Shown: positions 48,681 to 58,377 of the stretch, piece by piece | How the letters are laid out: the number at the start of each line of letters is the position of its first letter | Position numbering within the stretch: position 1 is the stretch's first letter | NCBI GenBank assembly: GCA_942491525.1 | Contig: CALOBW010000055.1 | Coordinates: 136,106 to 200,105 of the forward strand | From: an uncultured Thermodesulfobacteriota bacterium | GTDB lineage: Bacteria > Desulfobacterota > Desulfomonilia > UBA1062 | DNA: 64,000 nucleotides | Reading direction: 5' to 3' | Program-made: the position numbers and the translations under genes | The notes under the pieces: generated by a model | Told to the model about the DNA's origin: nothing | Seen by the model: only the letters and a program-made list of their open reading frames with translations | Database searches by the model: none

Positions 48681-49514
48681 ATGCTTTTTGTCGTTGTGCT
48701 CTATACTGATGATCTTGGTTCCTGTACGACGATCGCATCGTTGGGTAGACTTGCCTTCACGCGTCAGATTCATCTCCACTTTCAGATAAACGGCACCCGA
48801 GATTTTAGTTCCGAGTTGCATGAGTTGTTTGATGCTGATTATGGCCGGGTGAGCTGTGCATATGATGGCTGCAATCGGGGGATTGTGCATGCCTATCGCG
48901 AAGCCGTCCGCATATATGGCGGTGGCAGTGAGTGGGTTACCCTGCTGGATCAGGACAGTGATTTTGATGTAACCTGGCTTGATACGCTCAATGCCGGTTT
49001 GTCAAATATGCAGCCGGATGATGTGGCCCTGGTGCCTCGTATCGTCTCATCTGGTGCGCAGATCTCACCATTCAGGCTGAGTCTGGGTAGGGTGATCCCT
49101 TTTGATAGCGATGGCGGCTTTCCGGTCTGCATCAACTCCTTGACCACCTTCCGGGCGGGCTATCTGCAGAAGCTGGCTGACGACTTTCCGGTCAGCTTCT
49201 TCCTGGACGCCTTCGATGTCTGGCTGTTTCATCGGATGCATAAGGCTGGGCTAAGTTTCAAGCTGCTGGATGTAACGGTCAAGCATGAGCTCTCCCTGAG
49301 CAGTGGTGCAGTCAGTGAAACCATGCTGGCGCGCGAGTTGATGTCACTGATTAATATGACTCGGATTTCCCTGACGCTTATGCCCATGAGTCTGCTGCGT
49401 TTTATATTTAGGCAGCTAAAGCTGGCAGCGCGTATGCGCAGCCTGCGGCCCTTTAATTTGATTGCAACTTATAGAAGATACAGATATCTGATTAAGGATA
49501 TTGGAGCAGCATGA
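48681..49514 (+). CDS. GT2-like (rhamnosyltransferase-like) protein, divergent
   Basis: MLFVVVLYTDD, LLDQDSDF acidic motif. Weak GT-A resemblance only. Confidence 0.45.
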   Translation: MLFVVVLYTDDLGSCTTIASLGRLAFTRQIHLHFQINGTRDFSSELHELFDADYGRVSCAYDGCNRGIVHAYREAVRIYGGGSEWVTLLDQDSDFDVTWLDTLNAGLSNMQPDDVALVPRIVSSGAQISPFRLSLGRVIPFDSDGGFPVCINSLTTFRAGYLQKLADDFPVSFFLDAFDVWLFHRMHKAGLSFKLLDVTVKHELSLSSGAVSETMLARELMSLINMTRISLTLMPMSLLRFIFRQLKLAARMRSLRPFNLIATYRRYRYLIKDIGAA

Positions 49515-50501
49515 ATGGATATCTCAATAATAATTGTTAATTACAACACGCGGGATGATCTGCGCAACGCACTGGCTTCCATCCGTACGGCCGGCAACAA
49601 CCTTGATGTGCAGACCATCGTGGTCGATAATCAGTCCAAAGATGGCTCGCTCGAGATGATTAGGTCCGAGTTTTCTGAGGTGACTCTGATCGCCAACCAG
49701 GACAACAAAGGCTTTGCTGCGGCCAACAATCAGGGTATTGAAATCGCAAGCGGGCGCTACGTCCTGTTGCTTAATCCCGACACCATTCTCTATGAAGACA
49801 CTCTCGATAAATGCGCTGCATATATGGAGCAGCATCAGGATATCGGCTGCCTGGGCATCAAGTCTCTGACCCGCTCGGGCAATGTCTTTCCCAACGGCAA
49901 CTCATTTCCGTCCGAGATCAAGACGCTGGCGCGTCTGCTGATGCTGCGCGAGATTTTGCCCAACAAGCTGATTCGCAAATATCTGGCGCCGGTGGCCGGC
50001 AAACTGGCCACGACCTATGCGGACCGTGAAGTTGAACAGGATGTCGACATGGTGGGCGGCTTCTACCTCTTCATGCGCGGCGCAGCCGTCAAACAGGTTG
50101 GCATGCTCGAGGAGGCCTACTGGGCCGACATTGAGGACAGCGACTACTGCGCGCGCCTCTGGCGGGCCGGCTGGCGGGTGGTCTACTGGCCCGGGGCAAG
50201 CATGGTCCATCTGATTGGTGCCAGCATTGAGCGCAGACTCTATTCGCTTAATACGGTACTCAGGGTCAATGAGAATACCATGCTTTTCTTTAAGCGACAC
50301 TATGCACCGTGGAGGCTGACGGCCCTGCGTTTGATCTATATTTTGAGTGCACCGGTCCAGACGGTCATGGCCTGCATTTTGCCCGTCTGCATGGGGCGCG
50401 AGAAGGCCCAGGTGGGCGAACGCATTCGCGGCGCCTGGGGGCTTGCCGGGAAAGCTTTATTCCTTCCGTCTAAGGTGCGCAGTGCAGAGGTGATGAGATG
50501 A
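49515..50501 (+). CDS. glycosyltransferase family 2
   Basis: ISIIIVNYNTRDDL...VVDNQSKDGS...LLLNPDT classic GT2 N-terminal motifs. Confidence 0.8.
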   Translation: MDISIIIVNYNTRDDLRNALASIRTAGNNLDVQTIVVDNQSKDGSLEMIRSEFSEVTLIANQDNKGFAAANNQGIEIASGRYVLLLNPDTILYEDTLDKCAAYMEQHQDIGCLGIKSLTRSGNVFPNGNSFPSEIKTLARLLMLREILPNKLIRKYLAPVAGKLATTYADREVEQDVDMVGGFYLFMRGAAVKQVGMLEEAYWADIEDSDYCARLWRAGWRVVYWPGASMVHLIGASIERRLYSLNTVLRVNENTMLFFKRHYAPWRLTALRLIYILSAPVQTVMACILPVCMGREKAQVGERIRGAWGLAGKALFLPSKVRSAEVMR

Positions 50502-51067
50502 AAGAGCTGATATGGGGGGACATGACCCGCTACTACGGGCATGAACCTTCGCTTAAAGAGCAAATTATTTACTGGATACATCCTAGGACTCAGGCAACGG
50601 CGACCTACAGGTTGTCGCAGTGGTGCAGCCGCAACGGGTTGAGCCCCATTGCCAAGGTGATCGAACTTGTGAATATGATCCTCTGGAGCTGTGAGCTCTC
50701 CCCCAAGATGGAGATCGGCAAGGGGCTCCTGATTGAACACACCATCGGCGTCGGCATGGCCTTTTATAAGGCCGGTGAAAATCTCAGCGTCAATATGGGC
50801 GTGGTGATTGCCGGTGCCGGCCATGATCCGGAGTTTGATGTTACCAAGCGGCCCAGCTTCGGCGATGATGTGACCATCAATATTGGCGCCAAAGTTTTCG
50901 GCGGGATCACGATCGGGGATAATGTCATTATCGGTGCCAATGCGGTTGTGAACCGTAGTGTGCCTTCAAACTGTGTGGTTGCCGGCGTGCCGGGTCGCAT
51001 CATCAGGCATCTGCCCGGCTATGTGGCGCCGGCCGATCCCGAGAACTACTGCAAGGATGTTACGTGA
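50498..51067 (+). CDS. hexapeptide-repeat O-acetyltransferase, serine acetyltransferase-like (WcaB/CysE family)
   Basis: YRLSQWCSRNG... N-terminal helix region then LbH repeats (IGDNVIIGANAVV). Confidence 0.7.
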   Translation: MKELIWGDMTRYYGHEPSLKEQIIYWIHPRTQATATYRLSQWCSRNGLSPIAKVIELVNMILWSCELSPKMEIGKGLLIEHTIGVGMAFYKAGENLSVNMGVVIAGAGHDPEFDVTKRPSFGDDVTINIGAKVFGGITIGDNVIIGANAVVNRSVPSNCVVAGVPGRIIRHLPGYVAPADPENYCKDVT

Positions 51068-51969
51068 AAGTCTCGCTGATCATTCCCACCCTGAACGCGG
51101 CGAGCTATCTGGCTGATCTGCTTGGCAAGCTGAATGACCAGAGTCGGCCGGCCGACGAGATCATCATTATCGACTCTGAGTCCGATGATGCCACGGCCGC
51201 TATCGCCCGGCAGCATGGCGCGACTGTCATCAACCAGCCCCGCGAAACCTTCAACCATGGCGGCACCCGCAACCGGGCCGCGGAAGCGTCCGGCGGCGAT
51301 ATCCTGATTTTTCTGACTCAGGATGTGATTCCGGCTGACAGTGACCTGATCGCCAATCTGATCGCGCCATTTAATGATCAGAGTGTGGCGGCGGCCTATG
51401 GCCGCCAGATCGCCTTCAGCACGGCGCGGCCCAGCGAGAAGTATGTGCGCACCTTCAACTATCCGGCCGTCTCGCGCATCAAGAGCAAGTCAGATCTGCC
51501 GGCCCTGGGCGTCAAGACCTTCTTCTGCAGCAATGCCTGCGCTGCCTACCGCCGCTCTGTGCATGAAGAGCTGGGCGGTTTTCGCAGTGATACCATCATG
51601 AATGAGGATATGGAGTTCGCCTACCGCCTGATCATGCATGACCAGCGAATCGCCTACACGGCCGGCGCGGTCGTTGAGCACTCCCACGACTACAGCTTCA
51701 TGCAGCAGCTGGGGCGCTACGTCGATATCGGCGTCTTCTTTCGGGATAATCCAGAGCTGGCGGCCTGCGCCGGTAATGAGGGCGAGGGGCTGCGCTACAT
51801 TCTGAACGCCGTCAGACATCTGATCTCCATTGGCGAGTATCTGGAGATCGTGCACCTCATCACCGACGCCGGGGCGCGCTTCATCGGCTACCGCCTGGGC
51901 TACCGTTACAAATCAATTCCCACATCCATTATCCGCCGCTTCTCCATGCATAGGGGCTACTGGGCCTAG
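51064..51969 (+). CDS. glycosyltransferase family 2
   Basis: VSLIIPTLNAASYL...IIIIDSESDD...LTQDVIP GT2 motifs. Confidence 0.8.
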   Translation: MKVSLIIPTLNAASYLADLLGKLNDQSRPADEIIIIDSESDDATAAIARQHGATVINQPRETFNHGGTRNRAAEASGGDILIFLTQDVIPADSDLIANLIAPFNDQSVAAAYGRQIAFSTARPSEKYVRTFNYPAVSRIKSKSDLPALGVKTFFCSNACAAYRRSVHEELGGFRSDTIMNEDMEFAYRLIMHDQRIAYTAGAVVEHSHDYSFMQQLGRYVDIGVFFRDNPELAACAGNEGEGLRYILNAVRHLISIGEYLEIVHLITDAGARFIGYRLGYRYKSIPTSIIRRFSMHRGYWA

Positions 51970-52032
51970 ATTCGGCCGACTGGACAGGCGCCTGATCATA
52001 TTGTATAGAGCCATCACTAAGGGGTAAGGGAT

Positions 52033-53454
52033 ATGAAAAATGTCAATCTGGCCATGAAGTGGCTCGTAATGGTGATCGGTCTGATTCTGGCCGATGTCTT
52101 CGCGCTTGTCATTAGCTTTTTGCTGGCCTATTGGTTCAGGGCCGACTTTCTGGTCGAGGCGCTGCCCCTTTTCGGGTCCATTCAGCACTCTCTGCAGATC
52201 TACGCCGAATCCTGGCCGATTCTGCTGCTCTGGCCCCTGATGTTTCTCTATGAGGGTATCTATCCCTCGGTGGGTATGAACTTCTGGGAGGAGAACAAAT
52301 CGCTGGTCAAGGGCAACCTGATCGCCTTCATCTTTGTGATCCTGCTGACCTTCATCACCCGCCGCTCCTTCCACTACTCGCGTTTCGTCATTGCGCTGGG
52401 CTTCATGATTTCGCTCTTTGCCCTGCCGCTGGCCAGAATTCTGGCGCGCAAACTTCTGCGGCTGCTGGGCGTCTGGCGCCGCGACATCGTGCTGGTGGGC
52501 AGCGCCGCCGGCGTTGGCCAGGTTATGAATAATCTGAATAAGCATCCGGACTGGGGTTTCAATGCCCTGGGCGCCGTGCTGCCGGCCGGCGAAAGTTTGG
52601 CGCTGCCGGTCTTGGGCGAGCTGGAGCATCTGGAAAATGTCAAGGTGCGCTGCAGTGAGGTGATCGTGGCCATGCCCGGCATCTCCTCCAAAGAGCTCTC
52701 CATGATCGTGGAGAAGGCCGCCACGATTGCGCCGGTGGTCAAGGTTTTGCCCGATCTCTACGGGCTGGCCTCGGCCGGGGTGCGCACCCATGATCTGGAC
52801 GGCATGCTGCTGCTGGAGGTTGAAGACCGCCTGGCGCTGCGCAAGAACATCATCACCAAGCGCTTCTTTGACGTGGTCTGCGCGGTGATCGGTCTGATCC
52901 TGCTTTCACCCTTCTTCCTGATTACTGCCATGCTGGTGCGCCTGAGCTCCAGGGGGCCAGTCTTCTTCGGCCATACCCGGGTCGGGCAGGGCGGCAAGCC
53001 CTTCAAATGCTACAAGTTCCGCACCATGGTGGCCAATGCCCAGGAGGTGCTTGAGGAGCTGCTGGCGAACGACCCCGAGGCCCGCGCCCAGTGGGAGGCC
53101 GAGTTCAAGCTCAAGAACGATCCGCGCATCACCCGGATCGGCGGCTTCCTGCGCAAGACCTCGCTGGATGAGTTTCCGCAGCTCTGGAACGTCATCCGCG
53201 GCGACATGTCGCTGGTGGGGCCGCGGCCGATCGTCTCCGACGAGGTCGATCTCTACGGCGACAAGGCGCGCTACTTCTTCAAGGTCACCCCGGGCATCAC
53301 CGGCCTCTGGCAGGTTTCGGGCCGTAACGACATCGATTATGATGAGCGCGTCATGCTGGATGAGTACTATGCCAAGAACTGGTCGCTCTGGCTCGATATC
53401 GAGATTCTGATCCGCACCTTCGGTGTGGTGCTTAATCGCTCCGGAGCCTATTAG
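52033..53454 (+). CDS. wbaP: undecaprenyl-phosphate hexose-1-phosphate transferase (WbaP/bacterial sugar transferase family; polyprenyl glycosylphosphotransferase)
   Basis: Five N-terminal TM helices. C-terminal catalytic domain with KFRTM and EFPQLWNVIRGDMSLVGPRP motifs. Confidence 0.85.
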   Translation: MKNVNLAMKWLVMVIGLILADVFALVISFLLAYWFRADFLVEALPLFGSIQHSLQIYAESWPILLLWPLMFLYEGIYPSVGMNFWEENKSLVKGNLIAFIFVILLTFITRRSFHYSRFVIALGFMISLFALPLARILARKLLRLLGVWRRDIVLVGSAAGVGQVMNNLNKHPDWGFNALGAVLPAGESLALPVLGELEHLENVKVRCSEVIVAMPGISSKELSMIVEKAATIAPVVKVLPDLYGLASAGVRTHDLDGMLLLEVEDRLALRKNIITKRFFDVVCAVIGLILLSPFFLITAMLVRLSSRGPVFFGHTRVGQGGKPFKCYKFRTMVANAQEVLEELLANDPEARAQWEAEFKLKNDPRITRIGGFLRKTSLDEFPQLWNVIRGDMSLVGPRPIVSDEVDLYGDKARYFFKVTPGITGLWQVSGRNDIDYDERVMLDEYYAKNWSLWLDIEILIRTFGVVLNRSGAY

Positions 53455-53463
53455 GGAGGCGGT

Positions 53464-54933
53464 TTGCTCTTTAACTCATACGTATTTATCTTCATCTTTC
53501 TGCCGCTGACCCTGCTGGGCTTTTTCGCCCTGGGCCGGCGCGGTCATAGGGAGCTGGCCATCGCCTGGCTGGTGCTGGCATCTTTGTTCTTCTACGGCTG
53601 GTGGAATCCGGTCTACCTGCTGCTGCTGCTGGCTTCGATTGTGGTCAACTACAGCCTGGGGCGCAGCCTCAGCCACAGGAGCTCGAAGCCGCTGCTGGGC
53701 CTGGGCATCGCCTTCAACCTGGGGCTGCTGGGCTACTTCAAGTATGCCAACTTCTTCGTCGAGAACATAAATCTGCTGCTGAACAGCAACATCTATCTCG
53801 ACCGCATCGTGCTGCCGCTGGCCATCTCATTCTTCACCTTCCAGCAGATCTCCTACCTGGTTGACGCTTTCAAGGGCTACACCAAGGAGTACAGCTTCCT
53901 GCACTACTGCCTCTTTGTCTCCTTCTTCCCGCAGCTGATCGCCGGGCCCATCGTGCACCACAAGGAGATGTTGCCCCAGTTCGGCGCCGAGAGCGTCTAC
54001 CGCTTCAATCCCAAGACCTTTGCCGTCGGCTTGACCGCCTTCCTGATCGGCCTCTTCAAGAAGGTTGTGCTGGCCGACGAGGTTGCCAAGTTCAGCACGC
54101 CGGTCTTTGCGGCGGCCGCCAAAGGGGTTGACCTGAGCTTTGCCGAGGCCTGGACCGCGGGGCTGGCCTACAGCTTCCAGATCTACTTTGACTTTTCGGG
54201 TTATTCCGACATGGCCATCGGCCTGGCGCTGCTCTTCGGCATCAGGCTGCCGCTCAACTTCTACTCGCCCTACAAGTCCACCAGCATCATCGAGGTCTGG
54301 CGCCGCTGGCACATCACTCTGGGCCGCTTCCTGATGCAGTACATCTACATTCCGCTGGGCGGCGGGCGCTGCAGCACCGTGCGTAAATATTTTAACCTGT
54401 CGGTCACCTTTATCCTGGCCGGCATCTGGCACGGTGCGGGCTGGAACTACATCCTCTGGGGCGTGGTCCAGAGCGTCTATCTGGTCAGCAACAACCTCTG
54501 GCGTGACCTTAAGAAGGTCCTCGGCATCAGCGGCGAGTCCTGGTGGCGCATCATCCTGGCCGGCAGTTTCACCTATCTGCTCTGGGTGGTGTCGCTGATC
54601 GTTTTCCGCTCCGAATCCTTGAGCGGCATGCAGGTCATGCTATCCAGCGCCTTTGGTCTGAACGGCTTTGATTTGAGCGCCAGTCTGATTAAGCTGGAGC
54701 GTGCCTGGTACATTTTCATTCCGTTGGCTCTGATCGTCTGGGGTCTGCCCAATACCCAGCAGCTCCTGAGCGAGCATGAGCCCACCATCGACACCTACCG
54801 TGGGCAGCAGGCGCCGCCGCGGCTGCTGCAGTGGAAGCCGAGCGCCGCCTGGGCCTGCTACGTCGGCGTGGTCGGCCTGCTGGCTGTGCTCTACTGCACC
54901 CAGCCCAGCGAGTTTCTCTACTTCCAGTTCTGA
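53464..54933 (+). CDS. MBOAT family membrane-bound O-acyltransferase (AlgI/DltB-like)
   Basis: N-terminus MLFNSYVFIFIFLPLTLLGFF, FQQISYLVDAFKG, conserved His region GIWHGAGWNYILWG. Confidence 0.85.
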   Translation: MLFNSYVFIFIFLPLTLLGFFALGRRGHRELAIAWLVLASLFFYGWWNPVYLLLLLASIVVNYSLGRSLSHRSSKPLLGLGIAFNLGLLGYFKYANFFVENINLLLNSNIYLDRIVLPLAISFFTFQQISYLVDAFKGYTKEYSFLHYCLFVSFFPQLIAGPIVHHKEMLPQFGAESVYRFNPKTFAVGLTAFLIGLFKKVVLADEVAKFSTPVFAAAAKGVDLSFAEAWTAGLAYSFQIYFDFSGYSDMAIGLALLFGIRLPLNFYSPYKSTSIIEVWRRWHITLGRFLMQYIYIPLGGGRCSTVRKYFNLSVTFILAGIWHGAGWNYILWGVVQSVYLVSNNLWRDLKKVLGISGESWWRIILAGSFTYLLWVVSLIVFRSESLSGMQVMLSSAFGLNGFDLSASLIKLERAWYIFIPLALIVWGLPNTQQLLSEHEPTIDTYRGQQAPPRLLQWKPSAAWACYVGVVGLLAVLYCTQPSEFLYFQF

Positions 54934-54940
54934 GGTCTGA

Positions 54941-55978
54941 ATGTATAAACGTTATCTAGCCATTATCACTGCTATCTTCGTCATTGGCCTGCTCGGCCAT
55001 GTGGCTATAGTTATCCATTATGATCCCTACCGGGTCTTCGGTCTCAATGACTACAATCGGGTTAACTTTGAGCCCAATACTCGTTTTCTGAAGGTCGAGC
55101 AGATCAAGCAGCATCCGGAGTATGAGGCCTTTATTCTGGGCTCCTCACGGGCCGGCATCTACAGCACCGCAACCATCAGCCAGCTCAGCGGGCTCAACTA
55201 CTACAACTACGGCGTCTCGGCCGCCAGCATCGAGGGCGTCATCCGGCGCATCTACTGGCTGACCGGGAACCGCGATGTCAAGCAGATCTTTCTGGCCCTG
55301 GACTACGATGTCATGTGCCTCAATCATACCATCGGCGAGTACGACCTGCTGCGCCAGGAGCATTATGAGCTCAGCGGCGAGAACCCGCTCAGGTTCTACT
55401 ACAAGTATCTGCTCTTTCAGCCCCAGAAGATCAGGCGTGTCATCCGCGAGAATGAGAAGCCGGTCTGGTATGAGTTTGACCTGGCCAGCGGCCAGCACAG
55501 CCTGCCGCTGCAGGCCGCCATGCTCAAGGCCGACCCCGAGGCCTATACCCGCAACGGTTTTGACGCGCTGGGCTACAGCCTGGACGGCGTGCTGCCGGCC
55601 GAGCGGCTGCACGCCCTGGTGGAGGCCATCCAGTACCTCAAAGCACAGGATGTGGAGCTGATCTGCGTGATCAATCCCTACCACCACCTCTTCATGCGCG
55701 AGTATGATCTGGATGACTATGCCCTCTGGCTCAGAACGCTGGTGGAGCAGGGCGTGCCCGTCTGGGACTTTTCGGGCTTCAATACGGTTACGGCGGATAA
55801 CGCCAACTACTATGATGTGCTGCACTTTACCGAAGAGGTGGGCGACATGGTGTTGCAGCGGGTCTATGGCGGCAGTTCCGGGTTCGGAGTGCTGCTGACC
55901 GCTGAGAATGTTGAGCAGAGGGTTGAGCAGATAATGACCGAGAAGCGATCTTATGAGTTAGCGCACCGCAATCTTTAA
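54941..55978 (+). CDS. DltD/AlgJ-like accessory protein to the MBOAT (N-terminally anchored, SGNH-like), tentative
   Basis: Single N-terminal TM, FILGSSRAG serine motif, position immediately after MBOAT as in dltB-dltD/algI-algJ pairs. Confidence 0.4.
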   Translation: MYKRYLAIITAIFVIGLLGHVAIVIHYDPYRVFGLNDYNRVNFEPNTRFLKVEQIKQHPEYEAFILGSSRAGIYSTATISQLSGLNYYNYGVSAASIEGVIRRIYWLTGNRDVKQIFLALDYDVMCLNHTIGEYDLLRQEHYELSGENPLRFYYKYLLFQPQKIRRVIRENEKPVWYEFDLASGQHSLPLQAAMLKADPEAYTRNGFDALGYSLDGVLPAERLHALVEAIQYLKAQDVELICVINPYHHLFMREYDLDDYALWLRTLVEQGVPVWDFSGFNTVTADNANYYDVLHFTEEVGDMVLQRVYGGSSGFGVLLTAENVEQRVEQIMTEKRSYELAHRNL

Positions 55979-56013
55979 TTGCTCTGATGCGTTGGATCGG
56001 TTAATAAGCCGAT

Positions 56014-57381
56014 ATGTCGGATAATAAGGTTACAGAGCGTAGGCTTGATCAAATTCCACTGACAATGATCTATTTGTTGTTATTGGTCTTTGCTTTTTTT
56101 GTGCTCCTTCCGTCATGGTTGCATTATGATATAATCTCCATGGATGGTGCATTTCAATATATTCCAGTGGCAAAGCTGTTTGCGGCCGGTAGTCTTGGTG
56201 AGGCCCTCTCCCAGTTTCAGATGCCGCTATTCCCGGCCCTGATTGCCTCTGTTGCCAATTTTGTGGCCGGTGACTTTGAGCTGGCCGGTCGCTTGGTTGC
56301 CGTGATTGGCTTCATGCTGCTTTTGTGTGGGGTCTTTGCCCTGACGTTTGCGCTTTTTGATAGACGGCTGACGGCGCTGCTGGCTGTGGTTTTTACCGCC
56401 TGCACGCCGATTCTGTTGAAGAGTTCGGTTGACTGCCTGAAGGAGTCCGTCTTCCTGGCCCTCTTGGTCTGGGGCACTCTGTTTGTGCTGCGGGCAATCA
56501 ATGGATCTGGCAGAACCAGATTTTGCTGGGGCGTTCTGGCGGGAGTTTTTTTGCTGTTGGCCACGTTGTTGCGCTCAATGGCGCTCTTTGTGGTGGTCGC
56601 CTGGATGTTGTCGGGGATCATCTACGCTCCGCTGCAGAGGCGCCACAAGGTTATGATCATCTTAACGCCGCTCTTGCTGGCGCTGCTGTGCGCCTTGATC
56701 TTTCCCGCCCTCCTGACGGTGGAGCGCAAGGGTTTTTATCTGGCGCCGCTGATTGCAATCTATCCCGGAACAGCCAAACTCCTGCTCAATGCCCTGGGGG
56801 TTCTGGGGCAGATCCTGCTGCTGGGCAACCCGCTGGTGCTGCTGCTGGCGATCAGGGTGTTGCTGGGCAGGGAGTATAGTCGTTACTATGTATACAGTCT
56901 CGGCTTGATTGTCCTGACGCTGCCGATCTTTGCCCTCTTGGGTGACTGGGTTTCTGGCCGTTACCTCCTGATGGTCGTGGTTGGACTCTATCCGATCGCA
57001 GCCAATGTCGCGGTTAAGTTTATGGATGCCGGCTCAAGGCGCGGCATCGTTGTCGCCATTGTGTTGGTCAGTTGTCTGGGAGCTTGGCTCTACCAGTCCA
57101 CCAGGCTGCCCAATGCGGATTATCTGGATCGCCGCGCGGCCGGAATCTGGCTGAAGGAGCAGGATTGCAGTGTGATAATGACCAATCGTCCCCGCATCGC
57201 ATTTTATGCTGGTGCCGAGGTGCTGGAGTGGGATGTGGCGGCTTTGAATAGTAGTTGCGTAGCCGTTGATTTGAGTCTCATGGGCGAAAAACCGGATCGG
57301 CCTGCAGCGGCTAGTTTCGGTTCAATTAATATCTATATGCCAGGAAAAGAGATTGAAGATAGAAAAGAATCAGACGATTAA
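56014..57381 (+). CDS. GT-C family glycosyltransferase (ArnT/PMT, GT39/GT83-like)
   Basis: 455 aa, about 11 TM. N-terminal region LPSWLHYDIISMDGAFQYIPVAKLF resembles the first periplasmic loop of ArnT/PMT_2 proteins. Confidence 0.5.
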   Translation: MSDNKVTERRLDQIPLTMIYLLLLVFAFFVLLPSWLHYDIISMDGAFQYIPVAKLFAAGSLGEALSQFQMPLFPALIASVANFVAGDFELAGRLVAVIGFMLLLCGVFALTFALFDRRLTALLAVVFTACTPILLKSSVDCLKESVFLALLVWGTLFVLRAINGSGRTRFCWGVLAGVFLLLATLLRSMALFVVVAWMLSGIIYAPLQRRHKVMIILTPLLLALLCALIFPALLTVERKGFYLAPLIAIYPGTAKLLLNALGVLGQILLLGNPLVLLLAIRVLLGREYSRYYVYSLGLIVLTLPIFALLGDWVSGRYLLMVVVGLYPIAANVAVKFMDAGSRRGIVVAIVLVSCLGAWLYQSTRLPNADYLDRRAAGIWLKEQDCSVIMTNRPRIAFYAGAEVLEWDVAALNSSCVAVDLSLMGEKPDRPAAASFGSINIYMPGKEIEDRKESDD

Positions 57382-58375
57382 CGGCCTGCGTGGTTTTGCG
57401 ATACTGCTGGTGTTCTCCCTGCACGCCTTGGGGGGGGCGATAACTGGCGGCTGGTTCCGGCTGCTTGAGGATGTCAACCTGGCGGAGTCCGTCTGGATCT
57501 GGGGCGGGATCGGGGTGGAGATCTTCTTCATGCTTACCGGTTATCTGATGATTGGCAGTCTGCAGCGGGCGCGCTCATTGAAAGAGTTTCTGGTTAAGCG
57601 GGTGGTCCGGATCTACCCTGTCTTTCTGGTTCTGCATCTCTTTGTGTTCTCGGTAGGGATTGTGCTGGGGGAACCTGAGTGGTTTGCGGGCATGTCGGCC
57701 GCGATGCTGGCGCTTAATTTTGTTTCCAACTTGCTGTTTCTGCCCGGAATATTTGACCTGCCCATTGCGCAGCCGGTCACCTGGATGATGGGGTTCATCT
57801 TTTACTCCTATATCGTTGCCGGTTGTGTCCATTTCCTTTTCAGGAGGGGCCGCCGCTGGGGTGTGATGGCCGCGCTTGTGTTGGCAGCTCCGGTGATTGC
57901 GGTGGTTGTCCATCATCCCAGATCTATCTTTATTGGGGTCGGCATGGTCGTCTGCTTCCTGGAGCAGAGGTTCGGGCGTCATGAGCTGTGCTTCCCGGGG
58001 ATCTCGCTGATCAGTGTCTGTTCGCTGGCGGCGCTGGCGTATTGCACCTTCAATCTGCATCAGAGTTACTGGGCCACTGGCTGGGGAGGGATCTTTTTGA
58101 TCTCCTGCCTTTGGGGTCGTGGCTGGTGGATACGCCTGCTGAATTGGCGTTTCTTTACCAGGTTTGGCACCATAAGTTACAGCTTCTACCTGGTGCATAC
58201 GTTTGTGATGTTCCCGCTGAAGAGGATCATGGCCCTGGTGCCTTCAATTCTGGAGCATCAGCTGCTGGGGTTGCTGGTGTTCTCGCTCTGTTCATTTGCC
58301 CTGAGCTATGTCATATCAATCTTCACGCATAAATATATCGAAGAGCTGGCTATGCAGAAGATACTCCGACTCTAG
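57353..58375 (+). CDS. acyltransferase family 3 (OatA/OafA-like) membrane O-acyltransferase
   Basis: NGLRGFAILLVFSLH N-terminal motif, about 10 TM, 340 aa. Confidence 0.8.
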   Translation: MKIEKNQTINGLRGFAILLVFSLHALGGAITGGWFRLLEDVNLAESVWIWGGIGVEIFFMLTGYLMIGSLQRARSLKEFLVKRVVRIYPVFLVLHLFVFSVGIVLGEPEWFAGMSAAMLALNFVSNLLFLPGIFDLPIAQPVTWMMGFIFYSYIVAGCVHFLFRRGRRWGVMAALVLAAPVIAVVVHHPRSIFIGVGMVVCFLEQRFGRHELCFPGISLISVCSLAALAYCTFNLHQSYWATGWGGIFLISCLWGRGWWIRLLNWRFFTRFGTISYSFYLVHTFVMFPLKRIMALVPSILEHQLLGLLVFSLCSFALSYVISIFTHKYIEELAMQKILRL

Positions 58376-58377
58376 GC

